DNA from: the human T2T-CHM13v2.0 reference genome, Homo sapiens
Direction: 5' to 3' (one strand)
DNA length: 64,000 nt
NCBI RefSeq assembly: GCF_009914755.1
Contig: NC_060934.1
The translations under genes and the position numbers were made by a program. Shown here one piece after another: positions 61,620-64,000 of the stretch (positions are counted from its first letter, which is position 1; each line of letters starts with the position of its first letter). The notes below the pieces were generated by a model. That model saw nothing but the letters and a program-made list of their open reading frames with translations. It made no database searches and was not told the DNA's origin.

Positions 61620-61850
61620 AACTCTGAGATCACTTAGTCCAACTTCTGTTTTGCAGATGAGGAAACTGAGGCACAGATATCAGCTGTGTGATCTTGGACA
61701 AATTGCTTAATGTCTCTGGTCTCAGTTTTCTCATCTATAAAATGGAGATGGTAATCCTAGCCTGGCATAATTTTTGTGAAGATTTAATGAAGAAGTGTGT
61801 ACCTGGTACTGGTACTTGGTAGTCATTCAATGCATCGTGGCAGCTACTAT
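61620..61850. mobile_element. Two MIR cores in opposite orientation
   Basis: (-) ttttgcagatgaggaaactgaggcacaga then (+) agctgtgtgatcttgg...ctcagttttctcatctataaaatgg. Confidence 0.8.
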
Positions 61851-61889
61851 TTTTTAAATGAATATTCTTATTATTTTGTGTGGTATTTG

Positions 61890-62253
61890 AAAGGTCATTC
61901 TGCGCTGAGGTATTGAGAGCTGGCAGGCTGCAGCCATTTGGTCACAAACCTTAGAGTTGTTGGGTTGTCCTGGGGAGACCTTCCTCACAGGGTCAGGTAG
62001 AGTTCAGTGAACTCGCAAAGAAGCGTGATTTTAGACGCTCCAAGGTACATCCACTCATCTCCTCTCCACTCCCTCTGCCTGTTATTAAACTGGTAGTTTT
62101 TACAACATCAATAAAGAACTTTCCTACCCAATTACCCCAGACAATAGGCTGAAAAGCAGTTTCGACTATGAAAACTTCATGTTGGGTTCATTTAGATTGT
62201 TTTGCTGTGTCAAATCCTCACTTGAGTTCAAAAGTTCAGCTGAACCATGAACT
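61890..62253. promoter_or_regulatory. Candidate nuclear-receptor (RAR/RXR-type) enhancer: DR5, IR1, DR2, IR2, DR1, NBRE
   Basis: Nine perfect RG(G/T)TCA half-sites in ~360 bp of non-repeat DNA (see findings). Confidence 0.55.
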
Positions 62254-64000
62254 TTGTAATTTCACAGCAGGCAGTTCTACAAATATAGTGGAAAGTGAAT
62301 AAACATACAATATTTAAGGTGGGCTTGTCACGTTGTATATAATATAGTTAGGAATGGTTGTAGGTAAAACAGCCCTTAATTTCCAGAGCACAGTGACGTA
62401 TCAAAAAGAAAGAGGGAAATAAAATTAAACCAAACTGTTCCTTGAGTTACCTGATCTCTGAGGCTTCCAAGGGAATGCACATTCAGTGACTAATCATTAG
62501 TGGACAAACTAAAGCCAACTAATCTTCTTAATAAATTGTGAAGTCTTGTATACCTCTTGGTTTTAGCGGTGGCTTTTCTGCCTGTCTGGACCAGGCAGCA
62601 TATCAAAACAAAAGGGTCATGACTTTATGTATTTGTTAAAGTTAGAATCCACGTTCTCATATAACTCAGGCTTGATTTGACCTGGTTACACAAGTGTAGG
62701 TGGAGTGAAATTTTCACAGGAATGAGAATAATGCTGCGTTCTTACTTGTCTATTAATAAATACACGCACACTCAAATTCAGTTCAAGAGCCCCTCATTTT
62801 GTAAGCCTTGTGTTTGCAGCTTTAGGGTTGAGGCTAAAGCAAACAAGATAACAAGCCTCCTTGGGTTAGGGTGTCTTTCAGCTTAAACCCAGTGAAATCC
62901 TCAATACCGTGGAATGAGATTTCATATTGCATCAACGTATGATGCTTCGTTTCTTACAAAGAAACGTGTTTCTCATTGGATTTTAGGTTGCAGTGTGTAA
63001 AAGCAAAGGGACAACTTTCAGGCAGACCATCTGGGGTAAGTGGAGTCAGTCCAAGCAAGGTGTTTTTATATGGCAGCTGTTTATCCCTCTTTGTTTACCA
63101 AGGAGTTGGTCTGCAGGGTCACGAGAGGAAAGCTACGCTTGGTCATTTGTGGAAGCAGAGAGGAAGGGATGGGGTGAGAAGGTCAAGTCCTGTGACGGAT
63201 GGTTCTTCATGAGTTAAATGAGACTGGCTTTTCAAAAGCAGTTTCCTCCCTGTCCTGACTTTCATCTCAAAGTTGCCAAAATTTTAGCTCTAGCCAGCTT
63301 AGGACTCTTTTTAGAAAAATCCCCGAGCAGAGATGGTCCGAGGCTATGCTGCTGTCCTGAATGGTGCGTTTTTCCATACGAGAAGGTCTTCTTCGGTTCA
63401 GTCAAGAATTGATGAGATTTTTCATTTTTTCCAGACATAAATCATCACAATAAATTTAATGCCTCCAACCAAGAACTGAGAACCATGATGATAAAGGGGG
63501 AAAGTGTGGGGTGAAGACTGTGAAATTTGGTTGACCTAGTTAAAGGTGGTCTGTCTTTCTGGTGGGGTTGTGAGGCTGGAAGGAAAAACAAGGTTCGCTG
63601 CTTTTGTGGCTGGCTGAACTGGGCTGCCCAGATTTTACGGCTGTTTCTGGTTGACCTGCCCTGTATAGTGGCGCTGCGTGTCTCCTGATGAGGCCAGGAC
63701 AGGAGGGGAGTTGGTGGCATTCTTTTAAAGAGCTTGTAAGATAGTGAATAATGACAGGAGTTTTTGTTCACTCATAAAGCGTTTATGGAGAACCCACTTC
63801 AGGGGAATGATGGCTGAGGGTCTGTCAAGAGGGGGTCGGTGGGAAGTAAGAGAGATTTCTATGGGGACATATCAAGAGAGGAAATCTGGGAATGGAAATG
63901 GGAGCTGTAGTCCGGTCTGCACTCTTTGGTTGTAACTGTAGGACAGTGAGAAGGGGATATGGATTCTCAAGGGACAAAAGTCCCATGGCAGTGACTCTAG

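Overview
This is primate (most likely human) nuclear DNA with no supportable protein-coding gene, RNA gene, CpG island or CRISPR array. It reads as intergenic or deep-intronic sequence dominated by interspersed repeats. These comprise about 36 Alu/FLAM pieces, old L1M and L1PA fragments, L2 and MIR relics, about 10 MaLR solo LTRs (MST/THE1/MLT1), ERVL-type LTRs, two ERV1 solo LTRs (including an intact HERV-E/Harlequin LTR2 with its target-site duplication, TSD), DNA-transposon relics (MER94, half a MER53, Tigger-like) and microsatellites. None of the supplied ORFs is a convincing gene; most are explained by Alu, L1, LTR or simple-repeat sequence. The most interesting signal is regulatory and lies in the repeat-free blocks. 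There is a dense cluster of nuclear-receptor half-sites at 61.9-62.25 kb, forming DR5, IR1, DR2, IR2 and DR1 arrangements (candidate retinoic-acid/RXR enhancer). Two blocks carry PBX-HOX/MEIS motif grammar (about 5.8-6.3 kb and 34.7-35.5 kb), and there is a convergent pair of CTCF-like motifs. Several small rearrangement scars are also visible. Repeat subfamily names were assigned by eye from remembered consensus features, and boundaries without a TSD are approximate. I could not place the locus, and I found no evidence of a genuinely new biological system beyond these candidate regulatory elements.
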